Assembly (NCBI GenBank): GCA_002269645.1
Contig: NIVC01000687.1
Coordinates: 100,624 to 164,623, forward strand
DNA length: 64,000 bases
DNA from: Macrostomum lignano
Lineage: Eukaryota
Reading direction: 5' to 3'
In this document: piece by piece, positions 60,104 to 64,000 of the stretch
Layout: each line of letters begins with the position of its first letter
How positions within the stretch are numbered: the first letter of the stretch is position 1
Translations under genes and position numbers: made by a program
The notes under the pieces: model-generated
Databases searched by the model: none
What the model saw: only the letters and a program-made list of their open reading frames with translations
What the model was told of the DNA's origin: nothing

Positions 60104-60688
60104 GAACAATTAAATTTGAATTCATTTATATTTATTTGTAACTTATGCATGGACTAATTAGAACATCTTTCGATTAATATTGATTAATAGCGATTGATAT
60201 TTTTTATTAAGTAAAGCAATTAATTATTTTTGCTAATCGGCACAAGCCACTAAGCAAATTTGATATGTAAAACTGCTTCAAGTCTGGCTTATCTCATCAA
60301 TGGGTGTTGCCTAGCTCCATTTAAAGTATGAAATTGCTAAAATGCAGACAATGCTGCTAAACTGCTGAAGGCATAGGCACAGCTAAATCCTGAGTTGTGC
60401 AAAAGTCCGCCGATATGTATCGAACACTGATTAATGAGTCGTACTAAATGCTGAGAAATGTTTTAAATTGTTGAAAGGATCATTGCAAGTTTGCTGAGAC
60501 TGAGGAGCCAGCCGAGAGAACTGCAAAATGCTTGGGGATGAATGAGAATTCTTGAGGGAATAGTATAGGCTTCTCTTCGAAAATAGCCGCGTTGTAGAGG
60601 CAAAGCAGATGGTCGGCAATTGGAGTCTGCATTGAAGCTGAAAAGTATCCCTATAACTTTGAAATTTTGAAATTTTCATTGAATGATA

Positions 60689-61456
60689 TAGCTTTTTGCA
60701 GCCCATTCGGGCTTACGTGCATTTAATTTAATCCAAATTGATTTGCCAAAGTAAATGAGCTTATTGTCTATGGTAGAAAGGCTGCCACAGCGGCACTTAA
60801 TTTAGTCCAACAAGCATCAATTTGGTCCATAGCTTCATTTGCAACTGTTGCGGAGGAGCAGGATCAGCTCCATAATTGTGAACCATGCTAGGTCGTCGAA
60901 CGAATGCCACTGGCTTGTGGTCAAAGCAATCAACAGAGGTGAACACCCAAAGGACATTGCAAGGTTGCTGAATATATTGTAGAAGAAAGATGATTTACAG
61001 CATCGATCAGCGTGTTGAAACCACTTCTGGCATAGGTCGCCTGTGAAAGGTGGCAATCGCCAAGGCAAGTTGCTAGAGACTCAGTTCCAACTGCTACTTA
61101 ATGCAATTGAGACGAACCCTTTGTTGACGGAGCAGAAAATGCAGCAGAAGTTGAAGGAAAAGTTCCAGTTGGTTATCAGATTTGGACTATCAGCAGAGCT
61201 CTGGAAAAGCGACTGAAAATTGCTAGCTGGTACAGACGCTGACATTCCAGCGGTGCGCAACAAACCTTAGGCGGTTGCGAGAAGGCAAGAGTTTGCCATT
61301 GGCTCACAAGCATTTGGACCAAATTGATGCTTGTTGGACTAAATTAAGTGCCGCTGTGGCAGCCTTTCTACCATAGACAATAAGCTCTGTTACATTGGCA
61401 AATGTATCTTGGATTAAATTAAATGCGCGTAAGCCCAAATAAGCTGCAAAAAGCTA
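60689..61456 (+). mobile_element. Tc1/mariner (IS630-like) internal-deletion derivative, ~150 bp inverted termini, TA TSD
   Basis: Arms 60689-60829 and 61315-61456 are reverse complements with a perfect inner ~70 bp. The interior translates, with stops and frameshifts, to an HTH-type N-terminus: SNECHWLVVKAINRGEHPKDIARLLNI...KGGNRQGKL...IETNPLLTEQKMQQKLKEKF...WTISRALEKRL...RNKP*AVARRQEFA. TA at 60687-60688 and 61457-61458; empty paralogous site at ~62395-62420. Confidence 0.8.
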
Positions 61457-61529
61457 TATTATTCTGGGACTGCATTAATATTTTAGATCAGTGCCAATCT
61501 ATTGTATGTGCTAATTTGCAGAGAGTATT

Positions 61530-62020
61530 ACTAATCTGGAAGAGTGGTGCTAATCTGGAGGAGTAGTGCTAATCTTGGCAAAGTGTTGCTAATCTGGGCG
61601 GCGGAGTGCTAATTATTCGGGGTAGTGGTGCTAATCTGGGGGGGGGGAAGTCTGGGGGCTCAGTAATGCTAATCTGAGGAGCGGTGCTAATCTGGGAGAG
61701 CGATGCTAATTTTGTATAAAACTGTGCTAATTTTTGGGAAGTTTTGCTAATTTTTGGGGAGTGGTGCTAATCTGGGGGTGGTGCTGATCTGGGGAAGTGG
61801 TGGTAATTTTTGGGGAGTGGTGCTAATAGTGCTAATCTGGGGGAGAGGTGCTAATAGTGCTAATCTGGGGGAGTGGTGCTAATCTGGGGGAAGAAGTTCT
61901 AATCTGGAGGAAGTAGTGCTAATCTGGGGGAAGTAGTGCTAATCTAAGGAAGTGGTGCTACTTTTGGGGGAATGGTGCTAATCCGGGGAGTGGTGCTAAT
62001 CTGGGGAAATAGTGCTAATA
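61530..62020. repeat. 17-20 bp minisatellite (GTAGTGCTAATCTGGGGGAA); second block at 62500-63060
   Basis: Dozens of GTGCTAATCTG-cored units; a short version is also at 17870-17920. Confidence 0.9.
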
Positions 62021-64000
62021 TATAATTTTCTAATATACTAAAAGTCCTACCTTTGTTTGTCTGTTTGTGAATGACGCATTTAATACTGAATGCCTCAATC
62101 AAATTTGATCGCGTTTTTTTTAAACTTGCAAAATTCTTCACCTTAAAATTTTAGTGACCTTGGATTTTACCTTAAAAAATTCAAATATTTGCTTGGAGAA
62201 CTGCAGAATGCTGGGGGGATGAATGAGAATTCTCAAGGGAGCAGTAAAGGCTTCTCTTCGAAAATAGCCGCGTTGTAGAGGCAAAGCAGATGGTGGGCAA
62301 TTCGAGTCTGCATTGAAGTAGAAAATTTATCCCCAAAACTTGTGACAACATTGATGTCACCTCCAATGCAGATTGACGCAGATTTTTCGAAATGTTCATT
62401 TAATTATATTATTCTGGGACTGCATTAATCTTCTACAGCAGTGCAAGTCTATTGTATGCGCTAATTTTCAGAAACCATTACTGACAAAGTCTTGGCAAAG
62501 TGTTGCTAATCTGAGTGGAGTGCTAATTTAGGGGTAGGGGTGCTAATCTGGGCGGGAGTAGTGCTAATCTGAGGAGCGATGCTAATCTGGGGGGAGAAGT
62601 GCAAATCTGGGGGGGAAGTAGTGCTAATCTTGGGGGAAGTAGTGCTAATCTGAGGAGCGTTGCTAATCTGAGGAGCGTTGCTAATCTGGAGTGCTAATTT
62701 AGGGTAGGGTGCTAGAGGGAAGTAGTGCTAATCTGAGGAGGCGGTGCTAATCTGGGGAAGTAGTGCTAATTTGAGGAGCGTTGCTAATCTGAGAAGCGGT
62801 GCTAATCTGGGAGAAGTAGTGCTAATCTGAGGAGCATTGCTAATCTGAGGAGCGGTGCTAAGCTGGGGGGAAGTAAATCTGAGGAGCGGTGCTAATCTGG
62901 GGGGAATAGTGCTAATCTGAGGACGTTGCTAATCTGAGGAGCGGTGCTAATCTGGGGGGAAGTAGTGCTAATCTGAGGAGCGGTGCTAATCTGGGGGGGG
63001 AGGTAAATAGTGCTAATCTGAGGAGCGTTGCTAATCTGAGCAGCGGTGCTAATCTTGGAAAAGTGTTGTTTAAGGTTAGTGGTGCTGAGTTTGTGCTTCA
63101 AAAGATAAGCACCTTGTGCTAATTAAAAAAAGGTTTTGGCTGATGGAAACTTTTGGCCGATAAGTTTTTGTTTTCTGCAAAAATAAGAAAAAGTAATTTT
63201 TGATTAATGGAAATGGTAATTATGGTTGGACCGATTTTGTTCGAGCTTGCACTGTTCGATCTGAAATTTTTCCGTGACTGTACATGCATCGTGGCTAAGA
63301 AATTGCTCGATGCTAAAGGCATTAAATATTCGAAAAACATGCTTTTTTTGCAAAGGTCAAGCAAACTTTTTGGACTTGAAATGCATTGTAAGAATGCTAG
63401 AGAAAAAACTGACTGGTTGAATTCTGATTCTGAAATAGATTGCATCATAACTGAATTGTAACTCCGACTTGAATTGAAAATGCAGTGTGGAAGCGTAGCA
63501 CCAGACTTGATTTAAATTGCGTAACCATATTGTTAACTGATACTGACTGGACTGAGAAACTGATTATGTCATAACTGCTTCGTGTGATTTACTCTATGCT
63601 TGGATTTTAAACTGTTGAATTATATATATATATATATATATCATATATATATAAGTGCAAATTTGTGTTATCAAAACGATGAGAGCTAGCCTAGAGGTGA
63701 AACAAACTGAACTGCTAAATGCAGCGACGATAGTTCGAATTTTCATAGAGTATAATTTTTTTAATTAAAGCTTTTCAAGTCAGGAAAACTAAAAGACTTT
63801 TTAAAAAAAACGTCATGTAAAAATCAATAGAAGCGTCATGTAAAAAATCATGGAAGCGTCATTTAAAAAATCATAGAAGCGTCATTTAAAAAATCATGAA
63901 GGTCATATAAAAATCATAGATGCGTCATGTGAAAAATCGTAGAAGCGTCATTTTAAAATCATGGAAGCGTCATTTAAAAATCATAGAAGCGTCATGTAAA

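Overview
Eukaryotic, repeat-dense animal DNA. The GC-rich polyQ exons, TTAGGG telomere motif, RTE retroposons with (TTG)n tails and dense minisatellites suggest a free-living flatworm such as Macrostomum; this is inference only. The left 18 kb holds a three-exon WDR18/Ipi3 gene on the minus strand whose first exon has no in-frame ATG, a ~4.6 kb CpG desert of decayed MITE-like elements, two RTE fragments and an intronless secreted PAN/apple + LamG-like gene. The dominant feature is a ~36.5 kb array (18482-54982) of 18 Helitron units joined head-to-tail without spacers. Each ends in a CTCCTCC-NNN-GGAGGAG-type hairpin, mostly followed by CTCG and then the next unit's T(C)...ATACTAAA start. Seventeen units are non-autonomous and each carries a (TAACCC)n tract. 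One (39367-47227) is an 8-intron, nearly intact RepHel element. The right 9 kb holds Helitron-related fragments, tRNA-like heads followed by minisatellites, an interstitial (TTAGGG)9 and a Tc1/mariner deletion derivative with a paralogous empty site.
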